Origin: an uncultured Candidatus Saccharibacteria bacterium
GTDB lineage: Bacteria; Patescibacteriota; Minisyncoccia; Phycocordibacterales; UBA9973
Assembly (NCBI GenBank): GCA_964475655.1
Contig: CAYYXE010000001.1
Span: forward strand, 5,435-69,434
Direction: 5' to 3'
Length of the DNA stretch: 64,000 nucleotides
Part shown: positions 37,707-48,042 of the stretch, piece after piece
Layout of the letters: every line of letters starts with the position of its first letter
Position numbering within the stretch: position 1 is the first letter of the stretch
Notes under the pieces: model-generated
Told to the model about the DNA's origin: nothing
What the model saw: the letters and a program-made list of their open reading frames with translations, nothing else
The model's database searches: none
Translations under genes and position numbers: made by a program

Positions 37707-39407
37707 CTAACTCGCCATTGCCGGAAGCCTGACCGTAAATGTCGCTCCTTTGCCTAACCCCTCACTCTCGATCGTGATGTCGCCCTTGTGGGCTATCGCA
37801 ATCTGCTTTGCGAGGTAGAGCCCGAGACCGCTTCCGCCCGTGTTTACCTTGCCTCCCTCGCCGCGTGAGAACTTCTCAAAGAGCTTGTCCTTGGTCTCTG
37901 GCGAGATGCCCATGCCGGTGTCTTTCACGGCAAATACGATCTGCTCTTTGCCGATGCGTGAGAGCGAGATCGCGACGGTGCCGCCTTCGGGTGTGTACTT
38001 GATGCTGTTGTCGACGAGATTGAGGAAGACTTGCTTGAGCTTGGTCGGGTCGGCAGTTGCCGCAAAGTCGTCACCATGCGCTACAGAGAGCGTGAGGTTG
38101 ATCTGTTTGCTTTGTGCCGGGATCTGCATTTCGCCATAGAGCGTCTGGACGATGTCGGCTACTTTGGTCGGCATAAATTCGTACTTCATGCCGCCCTGCT
38201 CGATTTTGGAGACATTGAGGAGGTCTTCGACGATGTTTGAGAGCCCTTGTGCAGAGGTGTAGATGCGCTGGATCGGCTCGGTGGTCTTGACCGCAAGCTT
38301 GCCAAACGAGCCTTCGATCAGCATCGATGCATACCCCTTGATCGCCGTGAGCGGACTGCGCAGCTGGTGGGATGCGAGCGAGAGGAATTCTGTCTTGAGC
38401 TTGTCGAGACTCTTGAGCTTGGTGTTTGCAACCTCCAGATCGAGATTGGTTTGTTCGAGGCGCATGCTGAGCTTTTGGAGATTTTCTTTTTGCTGGACTT
38501 CTATACGCACTGATCGTACAAGGAAATATCCACTGATCACAAAGAAGATGAGTGTCACCGAACTCAACACGAGGTCAGTTGTATTTGCATTATAAAAGAA
38601 TCGTGCACCGATCAAGATCGTGATCAGCAGTACGAGTGCCTGCGTTCCAAACAATTTGATGTTGAATGTACGAAACTTCACCATGAGATATCCAAGCAAG
38701 ATAAAGAATGCGAGCATGCCGACAGGTCCCCATAGGTTGAATTCGTATACTCCAGTGAGCTCTCCATAAAAGTTGGAAAGGAAGAATGTGGCGAGGAGTG
38801 CTACTATACCCATAGCAAAAAGCTTGATCTGTTTGCGGTACATAAACGAAGTTTCCTTGTGATATGCGTGTACCCCCAACATCCCAATGAGTACGATGCT
38901 CGCCGCCTCGAGTCCATAAATGATATTCCACAAGGGCCCGACTACGCCTTCACAGTTGACGACATCATATGCCGCGACATTTACCGTACTCGGTATAAGG
39001 CATGCGGTTAGCGTCCATATACCCACTACGATATATTGCCCGGCTCGCGTGAGATTTCTTTTGTATACAAAAACATACGCCAGACAAAATGCGCTCAAAA
39101 ACAGTCCGACTTCAAAGAGTGCGGTAAGCTGCCACGCAAACATAAGCACGCTGTGATATGAAGCAACCCACTGCACAAGTATGTTGATCACCCACAAGAA
39201 AAAGAACCCTGTCATCGCAAGGAGCATGCGGGACTTGAGGGAGTGATTGTCCTTTTTGTACACGAGCAGTCCAATGATGAGCGAAATGAGGGCGATCGGA
39301 ATGTATGAATAAAAGAGAAGCTTCGGAGCAGTCGAAAAGTCAAACAATCCCAATACCTGAGGTATTTCGGTGCCACACAAGGCTTGGTTGTACTGTGAAA
39401 ATAGCAT
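37707..39407 (-). CDS. Sensor histidine kinase with multi-TM N-terminus
   Basis: H-box ASHQLRSPLT, N-box NLVDNSIKY, DTGMGI and GSGLGL motifs. Confidence 0.95.
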   Translation of the reverse strand: MLFSQYNQALCGTEIPQVLGLFDFSTAPKLLFYSYIPIALISLIIGLLVYKKDNHSLKSRMLLAMTGFFFLWVINILVQWVASYHSVLMFAWQLTALFEVGLFLSAFCLAYVFVYKRNLTRAGQYIVVGIWTLTACLIPSTVNVAAYDVVNCEGVVGPLWNIIYGLEAASIVLIGMLGVHAYHKETSFMYRKQIKLFAMGIVALLATFFLSNFYGELTGVYEFNLWGPVGMLAFFILLGYLMVKFRTFNIKLFGTQALVLLITILIGARFFYNANTTDLVLSSVTLIFFVISGYFLVRSVRIEVQQKENLQKLSMRLEQTNLDLEVANTKLKSLDKLKTEFLSLASHQLRSPLTAIKGYASMLIEGSFGKLAVKTTEPIQRIYTSAQGLSNIVEDLLNVSKIEQGGMKYEFMPTKVADIVQTLYGEMQIPAQSKQINLTLSVAHGDDFAATADPTKLKQVFLNLVDNSIKYTPEGGTVAISLSRIGKEQIVFAVKDTGMGISPETKDKLFEKFSRGEGGKVNTGGSGLGLYLAKQIAIAHKGDITIESEGLGKGATFTVRLPAMAS

Positions 39408-39408
39408 A

Positions 39409-39534
39409 TTACTCTTCTTCTACCGAAGACTCGTCAATAATAGCGAAATCTTTGTGTATCACAGTCTTGTAATACGTGAGCCCAATACTTACGACAACCA
39501 CAACAATGATAAGTGCCTTGATGATCGGCTTCAT
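39409..39534 (-). CDS. 41-aa single-TM peptide upstream of the kinase (not in ORF track)
   Basis: MKPIIKALIIVVVVVSIGLTYYKTVIHKDFAIIDESSVEEE*; TATACT 6 nt upstream; stop 1 nt before kinase ATG. Confidence 0.7.
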   Translation of the reverse strand: MKPIIKALIIVVVVVSIGLTYYKTVIHKDFAIIDESSVEEE

Positions 39535-39554
39535 GTATCAAGTATAGCGCATCG

Positions 39555-40460
39555 CTACGGCAATGTAACCATTATTTTTTTGAGCAAAAAGTATGGGCGG
39601 TACTTTTCTTTGGCATGGCGAAGTCCTGGGATGCCCAGATCCTGTTCCCAGTTGAGAAACTTTACCCCCTTGGCGTGCATGACTTTTCCTTCTTCCCAGT
39701 TGAGGATTTCATATACACCGGGATACACCGATGTGTGTGCCTTCGAAAAGTGTGCGACTGCGTAATGTTTCGGGAGCAACTCGTATGCCGAAAATCCTGC
39801 AAGCTCGTCTCCTACATAGAGCGATACAAATACGATATGTGTGTCAGCGAGCCCAAGAAAACGCTCAAATGCCTTAAATTCATTGAGATCAAATGCATGG
39901 TTGCCATGCTTTTCGAGTGACCATTTGTGAAATACATCCAAATAATGGTCTTTATTAATCTTGCTGAGCGGTGCGACGACGACCTTGTGCTCTGGAAAGG
40001 TACTCAAATACTTGCGGAGCGCTTTGCCTTTGGGGTTTTTGCTCCACTCTCGCATAGTCATGAGGTGATCTGAAAGATATATATAATCCGCATCTGCTCT
40101 GTCGTGATGCACGATAAACGGCGAATCTTTGAATGAAAAGTATGGTGCCAATTCTTCGGGGATAAGCTTCAAGAAATTCTGTTTGAAATGTACCTTTGCA
40201 TACGAAAGAAGTTGGAAGGCAGTTGCGGATACCTTTTTGTCCCCAATGAACGAGAGGAATGGTTCGCCGGTGACATAGTCAGCAAAGAGTACGACGAGAT
40301 TGCCATTGAGCTTGCTTATCTTGACGGCGTTTTTGATATTCCATACCCAGAGACTTGTGAAGTTGAAATCCGAATACGCTGGAAATACTTTGGTAAGACG
40401 TTCAACTGCGCGTTTGTCGGGTAGTTCGAGTGATTTAAACGTAGGAAAGGTTGGGATCAT
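39555..40460 (-). CDS. DUF2156 / aminoacyl-phosphatidylglycerol synthase C-terminal-like protein
   Basis: SDFNF, DYIY, HFSKA and NWEQDLGIPGLRHAKEKYRP motifs. Confidence 0.85.
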   Translation of the reverse strand: MIPTFPTFKSLELPDKRAVERLTKVFPAYSDFNFTSLWVWNIKNAVKISKLNGNLVVLFADYVTGEPFLSFIGDKKVSATAFQLLSYAKVHFKQNFLKLIPEELAPYFSFKDSPFIVHHDRADADYIYLSDHLMTMREWSKNPKGKALRKYLSTFPEHKVVVAPLSKINKDHYLDVFHKWSLEKHGNHAFDLNEFKAFERFLGLADTHIVFVSLYVGDELAGFSAYELLPKHYAVAHFSKAHTSVYPGVYEILNWEEGKVMHAKGVKFLNWEQDLGIPGLRHAKEKYRPYFLLKKIMVTLP

Positions 40461-40467
40461 ACACCTT

Positions 40468-41388
40468 TTATATCAAAAACAGCGCACCGGTAATCATAAT
40501 ACACAGCGAGATACCTTTATGGATTAAGGATCTCTTTGAAATGTCTTCTGTTAGTATGCGCGGGAAAAATATAGTGCATACAATGCCTAGCAAAAATACG
40601 ATAAGGGGTTGCGCGACTTCAATGACAAGTACCAACACAATTGGCACAGATAAGATAGCGTAATTTACAAGCAGGTTTCCGATAATCGTCGTAGACTCTG
40701 AAGCAATATTCACTAGGAGTATCTTTTTGCCTGATGTCCGCACCATGCTGAAAAATGCTTCTCGATACTTCTTTATCAACACAAGTACAACTATCCCTGC
40801 TATACCCAATCCCAAATGTTCCCAAAATGTTGCCGCCCAAAATCCGCTATCTCTTCCTACAAATTTAAAAAGTACTATCCATATCGCAATAAAGAGCGAT
40901 GCAAACAGCATGTACAATACTGACCTCCATTTTACGTGGTACCGGATAGATACTGCGGATTTTTCTGTACGGATAGAAAGCACAACACCACCCAATACAA
41001 CAATGGCGCCCCCGATCATTTGTATATACGTAATAGTTTCTCCTAAGAAAAAATAGCCCAGAATATAGCCGAACAATGGCAGAGTCAAAAACCACGGAAT
41101 AACACTCGATACATCATCGACGGCAAGGGCCTTGAAGTAGAACATAAGCCATACCAAGTTACAAAACCCAGCAACAAGAAGGATAAGAATGTCGCGGGCA
41201 CTGAGCGCAAAATTTTTTCCACCAACTAGATAGATAACACCTGCAGCAACCAGTGCAAAAAGACTCGAAAACAACACAAGTGCTCCAATCGAACGGCTTA
41301 CATTTTTATTTTTTTCAACCAAATAATTGTCCGTAATATTTACTAGGGAATAAAGAAATACGGCAATAAAGGTTAGGAGTATCCACAT
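40468..41388 (-). CDS. EamA/DMT family transporter
   Basis: About 10 TMs, FYFKAL and YFFLGETI motifs. Confidence 0.85.
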   Translation of the reverse strand: MWILLTFIAVFLYSLVNITDNYLVEKNKNVSRSIGALVLFSSLFALVAAGVIYLVGGKNFALSARDILILLVAGFCNLVWLMFYFKALAVDDVSSVIPWFLTLPLFGYILGYFFLGETITYIQMIGGAIVVLGGVVLSIRTEKSAVSIRYHVKWRSVLYMLFASLFIAIWIVLFKFVGRDSGFWAATFWEHLGLGIAGIVVLVLIKKYREAFFSMVRTSGKKILLVNIASESTTIIGNLLVNYAILSVPIVLVLVIEVAQPLIVFLLGIVCTIFFPRILTEDISKRSLIHKGISLCIMITGALFLI

Positions 41389-41393
41389 AGCTT

Positions 41394-42851
41394 TTACTCC
41401 CTTGGCTTAAGCAATGGGAACAGCTGCGTCTCGCGGAGGGGCTTGTCGACGAGAAATGCGAAGAGTCTTTCTCCAAAGCCAAAGCCGAACGTTGGCGGCA
41501 TACCATGCTCAAGCATGCCGACAAACTCGTCGTCTGCCATCATTGCCTCGTCATCCCCTTCCGCAATGAGCCCTTGCTGAATATCAAATCGGCGCTTTTG
41601 TTCGATAGGATCATTGAGTTCGGCATGTGCACGACCCATTTCGCTCCCTCCAATAATGACTTGAAACATGTCGGTTTTGCGTGGATCCTTTTCGCTTGTC
41701 TTTGAAAGCGGTGCAACAACGAGAGGATGGTTTATGAGAAATGCCGGCCCACTCACTTGCTTGCGGCAATATTTCCACAATGAATCAGTCATGCGCTCTT
41801 TATTCTTGCCATCGTATTTGACGCCGAGTTCGGCAAGTTTTACAGCCATATCTTCAACGGAAGCAGCGAAAATATCGATACCGGTTCGCTTTTGTATTTC
41901 ATCAGCATAATCGATCTCTACCCACTCATCCTCAAGGTTGAATGTATGACCACGCGTCGTAAACGTCGTCGTACCAGCAACTTCTTTGGCAATCGTTATG
42001 AAGAGGTTTTTTACAAGCTCTTTCCCTGTACCTAGATTCATATACGCCGCATAGCACTCCATATTGGTGAACTCTTGTACATGATCAGGACTACTTCCTT
42101 CATTGCGATACACCCGACCGATCTCAAAGGTCTTGGGAAATCCTGCAGCCATGAGACGCTTCTGCCAGAGTTCTCCGACTGAGATGCGCATGAAGACATC
42201 GAGTGCAAAGTCTTTGTGATGTGTCTTGAATGGATTTGCTTCGGCACCGCCAGTGGTGACTTCGAGCGTCGGTGTTTCGACTTCCATAAAGCCTCGCTCT
42301 TTCATAAACGTGCGCGTCACGTCCCAAAACTTCGCTTTCTTTTTAAACATGTCTTGAAGCTCAGGATCAGTCAGGATGTCGAGATATCGCTTGCGGTAGC
42401 GTTCGTCTTCGTCAGTGAGGCCGTGCCATTTCTCAGGAAGCGGCAGAAGCGACTTTGCAAGCATGTTCCAGCCAGATACAAATAGTGCTTTCTCTCCGCG
42501 CTTAGTGGTGTACGCGATGCCGGTCGCTTCGACAAAGTCGCCAACGTCAGTCGTCTCGTTCCAGAGCTCGTATGCAGCAGTGTCCATCTCATCAGACTTG
42601 AGGAAGAGCTGCATGGTGCCCGTGCCATCAAATATATCTGCAAATGCAAGTCCGCCCTGCCCGCGCTTCGACATAATACGCCCTGCGAGTACGGCCGTGT
42701 CTTTGGTGCCTTCGTAGAGCGAAAAGCGGTCGATAAACACCTCGATTGTGTCGGTGCGGTTGGTATGAGCGGGATAGGGATTGATACCTTTCTCCTCAAG
42801 TATCGCCTTCTTTTTCAGCCGTTCGTCCCGCAGTTCTGGAATGGATGCCAT
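41394..42851 (-). CDS. lysS: Lysine-tRNA ligase (class II)
   Basis: GGAEANPF, FEIGRVYRNEG, ELNDP and GMPPTFGFG motifs. Confidence 0.97.
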   Translation of the reverse strand: MASIPELRDERLKKKAILEEKGINPYPAHTNRTDTIEVFIDRFSLYEGTKDTAVLAGRIMSKRGQGGLAFADIFDGTGTMQLFLKSDEMDTAAYELWNETTDVGDFVEATGIAYTTKRGEKALFVSGWNMLAKSLLPLPEKWHGLTDEDERYRKRYLDILTDPELQDMFKKKAKFWDVTRTFMKERGFMEVETPTLEVTTGGAEANPFKTHHKDFALDVFMRISVGELWQKRLMAAGFPKTFEIGRVYRNEGSSPDHVQEFTNMECYAAYMNLGTGKELVKNLFITIAKEVAGTTTFTTRGHTFNLEDEWVEIDYADEIQKRTGIDIFAASVEDMAVKLAELGVKYDGKNKERMTDSLWKYCRKQVSGPAFLINHPLVVAPLSKTSEKDPRKTDMFQVIIGGSEMGRAHAELNDPIEQKRRFDIQQGLIAEGDDEAMMADDEFVGMLEHGMPPTFGFGFGERLFAFLVDKPLRETQLFPLLKPRE

Positions 42852-42887
42852 AGTGACTTTAGTATAACAAAATAAGTCTTTTTTGCC

Positions 42888-43358
42888 TTATTCTAATTTT
42901 CTCCCAGGAATAATAGCTGCCAAAATAAGTATAATTGATGTAATACTAATATGAGATGTGTTGAATAAGCTCAAATCGTACCCATATTGTTTATGAACAA
43001 AAATACTTACTATTTTTAACAAAAGGAAAAGAATAGCAATAGATACGGCGATCCAATTTTTAGTGAAATCTCGATATCGCTTATATGTTGTGTATGAAAT
43101 TAATAACACTCCAATAATAAAGACAGGGACGAAATTATTATAAATATCTGAACCTGGATACACGAAAGACAACAAATCGCCACCAAAAAGACCTCCTAAT
43201 GACCAGAAGAAAAACGAGATCCCAATTCCATATATAATAAATTGAAATCTATTAAACGTTTTATTCTTTAAAAAACTTGATAATCCTTTTACAGTATCAA
43301 TTTGCGGTACTTGCCAACCTAAATCTGTCCCTTCTTCTTTTGGATCTTGTACAAACAT
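42888..43358 (-). CDS. Hypothetical membrane protein (AT-rich)
   Basis: Four hydrophobic segments; starts 1 nt after dnaJ stop. Confidence 0.7.
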   Translation of the reverse strand: MFVQDPKEEGTDLGWQVPQIDTVKGLSSFLKNKTFNRFQFIIYGIGISFFFWSLGGLFGGDLLSFVYPGSDIYNNFVPVFIIGVLLISYTTYKRYRDFTKNWIAVSIAILFLLLKIVSIFVHKQYGYDLSLFNTSHISITSIILILAAIIPGRKLE

Positions 43359-43359
43359 A

Positions 43360-44427
43360 TTATATATTCTCTTTTTTTAGTTCTTCTATTAATTCTTTAG
43401 CATGCTTACTCAGTTTCTCCGGCAGCTTGATGTCGAGTTTGATGATGAAATTGCCGCGTTTGCTACCAGAGGTTGGTACACCTTTGTGTTTGAGTGTGAT
43501 AGTGTCGCCTACTCGTGTACCAGTCGGGATCGACACTTGCTCCATACCATCGAGTGTCTCGACTGCATAGGTCGCACCGAGAAGAGCGTCGGTGAGCTTG
43601 ATCGGAAGCGTCATGTACAGGTCTTGCCTGTCGCGCTTGATCGTCTTGTGTGGAACGACGGTGACGTGCACGTACAAGTCGCCTGACTGTCCGCCACTGA
43701 TCGCTTCACCCATACCTGCAAGTCGGAGTGTTTCGCCATTTTGAATACCAGCAGGGACAGTGAGTTTGATCGTGCGTTCTTCGTTGACCACGCCTTTGCC
43801 GCGGCAGGTCGCACAAGGATCCTTGGGGATCTTGCCGACGCCATGACATTTGTCACAGATTTGGTTGGTCGCGATCGAGCCGAGGATCGTGCGCTGGATG
43901 TTGCGCACTTGGCCCTTGCCGTTACATTGGCTACAGGTCTCGAGACTTGTACCAGGCTTTGCGCCGTTGCCCTTACAGGTGTTGCAAGTACTTGGCTTTT
44001 TGATCCTGAGCTCGCGTTCGACACCAAAGATTGCATCCTTGAAGTCAAGCGAGATAGTGGTCTGCAGATCCGCTCCGCGCTGTATGCGACTGCGTCGTCC
44101 ACCACCAAAGATGTCGCCAAACATATCGCCCAGATCGAATTCGAAGCCCCCGGCACCTTGCTGGAAACCACTAAAATCGAAACCTCCGAAGCCTTGGCTC
44201 CCTCCGCCAAAGGCGGACGGCCCTTCAGAGCCGAACTGATCATACTGCGCACGCTTCTGATCATCTGAGAGTACTTGATATGCTTCGTTTACTTCCTTAA
44301 ACTTTGCCTCGTCGCCGGTGGATTTATCAGGATGGTATTTATGCGCCATTTTGTGGAAGGCCTTTTTGATCTCATCCTTTGACGCACCCTTTTCGATGCC
44401 CAGCGTCTTGTAATAGTCCTTACTCAT
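43360..44427 (-). CDS. dnaJ: Chaperone DnaJ
   Basis: HPD J-domain, G/F region and four CxxCxGxG repeats. Confidence 0.97.
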   Translation of the reverse strand: MSKDYYKTLGIEKGASKDEIKKAFHKMAHKYHPDKSTGDEAKFKEVNEAYQVLSDDQKRAQYDQFGSEGPSAFGGGSQGFGGFDFSGFQQGAGGFEFDLGDMFGDIFGGGRRSRIQRGADLQTTISLDFKDAIFGVERELRIKKPSTCNTCKGNGAKPGTSLETCSQCNGKGQVRNIQRTILGSIATNQICDKCHGVGKIPKDPCATCRGKGVVNEERTIKLTVPAGIQNGETLRLAGMGEAISGGQSGDLYVHVTVVPHKTIKRDRQDLYMTLPIKLTDALLGATYAVETLDGMEQVSIPTGTRVGDTITLKHKGVPTSGSKRGNFIIKLDIKLPEKLSKHAKELIEELKKENI

Positions 44428-44608
44428 ATAGTGATTATACCACGAATGTCAAATAAAGAAACCACCCAGAAACTGAGTGGTTTTTTCTCAAACAATAAAA
44501 CTTGCAATGAAACAAAATTTACACCTCCCCGAAGGATCTAATCATAGGCTGATGGGTTTAGTGAGAGATATTTCAAAACAAAATAGCACTCGAGGTGCTA
44601 TTTGTCAA

Positions 44609-44686
44609 TTATCGATGACGCATTGAGACGGTCTTGCCATCTCGCTTTGCCTTCTTCTTTGCAGCAATTTTTCTCTTTTTGTTCAT
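44609..44686 (-). CDS. 25-aa highly basic peptide (not in ORF track)
   Basis: MNKKRKIAAKKKAKRDGKTVSMRHR*; TGCTATAGT 6 nt before ATG; hairpin 44581-44603 after stop. Confidence 0.65.
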   Translation of the reverse strand: MNKKRKIAAKKKAKRDGKTVSMRHR

Positions 44687-44758
44687 GGAAATACTATAGC
44701 ATAAATTGGAAATAAAAAAAGCCTTTTAGTTTTTCAAAAGGCTTTTAATGAGGCGTTT

Positions 44759-45121
44759 TTAAATGAGGAAAAATTTATTTCGGAATAGTCCAACTATTCT
44801 TTGCAGAAAATGTTTTATTTTAAAAACCCATTTTTTAAAAAAAGGAGTCAATAAAACAGTAAAGAATAGACTAAAGAACCCAATGCCTGCATTTGCAAGA
44901 AAAGCTGCTAGTGCAGGAGTAAAAGCAATGACGGTAACAGTGTAGTTCAAATCTTTTTCATCCAGATACCATAATATTACCAATGAAAAAATTACTATCG
45001 GTACAGGTATGCAGGATTGATTTTCTTGGAAGAAAACAATACTAAATCCGAAGAAAAGTATCCAAATTATAAACAAGATGACACCGAGTATTTCCTTGAG
45101 AAGTGGCAATAACTTTTTCAT
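44759..45121 (-). CDS. Hypothetical membrane protein (AT-rich cassette)
   Basis: Very hydrophobic 120 aa; TTGACT(45185-80)-17-TATTTT; terminator 44716-44746. Confidence 0.7.
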   Translation of the reverse strand: MKKLLPLLKEILGVILFIIWILFFGFSIVFFQENQSCIPVPIVIFSLVILWYLDEKDLNYTVTVIAFTPALAAFLANAGIGFFSLFFTVLLTPFFKKWVFKIKHFLQRIVGLFRNKFFLI

Positions 45122-45242
45122 ATTTAAGATTTTTAGTTAAATAACTTATTTTTTATAAAATACAATATTTTAAAATAAAAGTCAATACATACAAAAAGCC
45201 CTATTTCTAAGGCTTTTTGTGAGGTTTGTATTTGAATATCGA

Positions 45243-47144
45243 TTATTCCTTTGGAGCTTCTTCTGTCGTATCAGTCGCCTCAGCATCTTTGGGAGCTGAC
45301 TCTGCACCTGCTGGAGCTTCTTCTTTTGGTGCATTCTTTGCGATATGTTCGCCGATCTTTTGCATTTCGGTTGAGAGGGCGTTTACCGCCGCATCAAGTG
45401 CTGCCTTATCACTTCCCTCCTTTGCTTTCTTTGCTTCATCGATCTTGGCCTGCACCGAAGTCTTGATCTCGTCTGGTATATTTGCGCCGTGTTCTTGCAA
45501 AGCTTTCTCAGCTGAGAAGATCATCATATCTGCAGTGTTCTTAGCGTCCGCCATCTCTTTTTTCTTGGCATCATCTGCTGCATTCATCTCTGCATCTTTC
45601 TTCATCTTTTCGATGTCTTCTGGAGTGAGGCCACTTGAGGCTTCGATACGGATAGATTGCTCTTTGCCGGTTGCCTTATCCTTTGCTTTGACTGCGAGAA
45701 TGCCGTTGGAGTCCACATCAAAGGTCACCTCGATCTGTGGAAGTCCGCGGGGAGCTGGCGCAATACCGTCGAGCACAAATCGTCCAAGAGATTTGTTGTC
45801 TGCTGCCATTGGGCGCTCACCTTGCGTGATATGGATCTCAACAGACGGCTGGTTATCGGTCGCAGTGGAGAAGATCTGACTCTTTGAACTTGGGATAGTC
45901 GTGTTGCGTTCGATGAGCTTGGTCGACACACCGCCCATAGTCTCAATACCGAGACTGAGCGGGATCACATCGAGCAAGAGCACGTCGCGCACATCACCTT
46001 GAAGCACACCACCTTGGACTGCCGCACCGAGTGCAACCACTTCGTCTGGGTTGATTGAACGATTGGGTTCTTTGCCAAAGAGCTTCTTTACTTCTTCGAC
46101 GATCTTGGGCATGCGCGTCTGACCTCCCACAAGGATCACTTCATTGATGTCACTCATCTTGAATCCTGAGGCTTCCACTGCGCGCTTGGTGATGTCGATA
46201 GAGCGCGTAATGAATTCGTCTGCGATCTCTTCGAGCTTTGCGCGAGTCATTTTGAGCAAGAGGTGTTGTGGTCCTGCATCGGTACTCGTGATGAACGGGA
46301 TGTTGATCTCGGTCTCTGTTGTCGTACTGAGCTCGATCTTTGCCTTCTCAGCCGCTTCGTCGAGTCGCTGGCGGGCAAGGGCGTCCTTCATCACGTCGAT
46401 GCCGGTATCCTTTTTGAATTCGTCGGCGATCCACTGCATGATCTTGAGATCGATGTCGCGTCCTCCCATGAGCGCGTCTCCGTCAGTCGACTTCACTTCG
46501 ATCGATTGCATGTCGTCGACATCGGACACCTCGAGGATCGAGATATCAAACGTTCCACCTCCGAGGTCGTACACGGCGATCTTTTCATTCTTTTTGCTGT
46601 TAAATCCGTATGCGAGTGCTGCAGCAGTTGGTTCGTTGATGATGCGCTTGACGTCAAGACCGGCGATTGCACCCGCGTCTTTGGTCGCCTTGCGCTGTGC
46701 GTCGTTGAAGTATGCAGGCACGGTAATGATCGCTTCCGTGATCTTTTCACCGAGCTTTGCTTCGACGTCTGCCTTAATCTTCTGCAAGATCATCGCAGAG
46801 ACTTCTTCGGGGCGGTATTCTTTGCCGTTCATGGTGACGAGCGCGCCACCATCTGCGCCACTCGTAACCTTAAATGCAGAAGACTTCACTACCTTTTCGA
46901 TGCCTTCGTCTGAGGCCTTGTGACCCATGAAGCGCTTGATACCGTAGATCGTGTTCTCCGGGTTCGTCACGGCCTGGCGCTTTGCGAGGAGTCCCACGAG
47001 TCGGTCACCGTTTTTGCCCACTGCGACGATAGACGGTGTCGTACGTGCACCTTCGATGTTTTCGATAATTTTGGGCTGGCCACCTTCGATGATGGCTACC
47101 GCTGAGTTTGTCGTTCCAAGGTCAATTCCAATGATTTTTGGCAT
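45243..47144 (-). CDS. dnaK: Chaperone DnaK
   Basis: [27 protein letters not shown] and NPDEVVA motifs. Confidence 0.98.
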   Translation of the reverse strand: MPKIIGIDLGTTNSAVAIIEGGQPKIIENIEGARTTPSIVAVGKNGDRLVGLLAKRQAVTNPENTIYGIKRFMGHKASDEGIEKVVKSSAFKVTSGADGGALVTMNGKEYRPEEVSAMILQKIKADVEAKLGEKITEAIITVPAYFNDAQRKATKDAGAIAGLDVKRIINEPTAAALAYGFNSKKNEKIAVYDLGGGTFDISILEVSDVDDMQSIEVKSTDGDALMGGRDIDLKIMQWIADEFKKDTGIDVMKDALARQRLDEAAEKAKIELSTTTETEINIPFITSTDAGPQHLLLKMTRAKLEEIADEFITRSIDITKRAVEASGFKMSDINEVILVGGQTRMPKIVEEVKKLFGKEPNRSINPDEVVALGAAVQGGVLQGDVRDVLLLDVIPLSLGIETMGGVSTKLIERNTTIPSSKSQIFSTATDNQPSVEIHITQGERPMAADNKSLGRFVLDGIAPAPRGLPQIEVTFDVDSNGILAVKAKDKATGKEQSIRIEASSGLTPEDIEKMKKDAEMNAADDAKKKEMADAKNTADMMIFSAEKALQEHGANIPDEIKTSVQAKIDEAKKAKEGSDKAALDAAVNALSTEMQKIGEHIAKNAPKEEAPAGAESAPKDAEATDTTEEAPKE

Positions 47145-47264
47145 AGTTTGAATATATAAATAATTTATAAATATAAGTATTTTGGAGGAATTTCTGTAAT
47201 TTTACGATAATTTCGCGACCGCAAAATACTTGTACAAAAAGGAGTATAGTGCTACGATTTTGCT

Positions 47265-47795
47265 ATGTCAAGTAATTCTATACGACAAAGCTATTCCAAA
47301 AAGCTATTGGCCCTCCTCGGGTCCAAACCAGCCCTCCCAGTAGAGAAACTAGGCGACTGGATAGACGTCTCAGGCACCGAAAAGTATGCGCTTACACGGT
47401 CACTGAAGGGCCTCAGGGAAGCAGGACTCGTCGAGTACCACGACTCAGGACAGCAAGAGTATGCCCGTCTCACCCGCGATGGCCGCAAGAAGGCGCACAG
47501 CCTCAAGCTCGATGAAGATACCGCCGTGCTAAACCCCAACTGGGATGGCAAATGGCGCATCATCATGCTCGACCTCCCCGAAGACCGCAAAAGCGATCGT
47601 GATGGCCTGCGCTATCTGCTCAAAAAGGCAGGCTTTATCCTCCTCAAAAACTCCGTCTGGATCTCTCCCCACCCCTTCGAACACTTCTTTGCAAATATCA
47701 AAAAAGACCTCGGTCTAACGACAGAGATCATGATTTTTGTGACGGATACGCTGGATAGCGAAACTGAGAAAGAGTTTTTGAAACTATTAAAATAA
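47265..47795 (+). CDS. PaaX-like winged-helix protein with Cas2-like C-domain
   Basis: RLTRDG, WDGKWRIIMLDLPE and LKNSVWISP motifs. Confidence 0.8.
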   Translation: MSSNSIRQSYSKKLLALLGSKPALPVEKLGDWIDVSGTEKYALTRSLKGLREAGLVEYHDSGQQEYARLTRDGRKKAHSLKLDEDTAVLNPNWDGKWRIIMLDLPEDRKSDRDGLRYLLKKAGFILLKNSVWISPHPFEHFFANIKKDLGLTTEIMIFVTDTLDSETEKEFLKLLK

Positions 47796-48041
47796 ATGAA
47801 ATGGGTTTATAAAGACAAGATAAATTATTATAATAATAAGCAATCCAAGAGCTACCCCAAGAACAATATTAATTGCCCTATATACTTTTTGATTTCTAGT
47901 GAAAATACCAATAAGAGAAATTAGTATAAAAACTCCAGACCAAAAAACTTCAGCAAAATTAGCAGTCCCTGTACTATGAAAAGAATCCATTAGAAGAAAT
48001 ATAGGGTATCCAAGACCTATAATTGGTAAAATATATCTCAT
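47787..48041 (-). CDS. Small 3-TM hypothetical protein (AT-rich)
   Basis: Hydrophobic 84-aa ORF starting 1 nt after the upstream stop. Confidence 0.65.
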   Translation of the reverse strand: MRYILPIIGLGYPIFLLMDSFHSTGTANFAEVFWSGVFILISLIGIFTRNQKVYRAINIVLGVALGLLIIIIIYLVFINPFHLF

Positions 48042-48042
48042 A

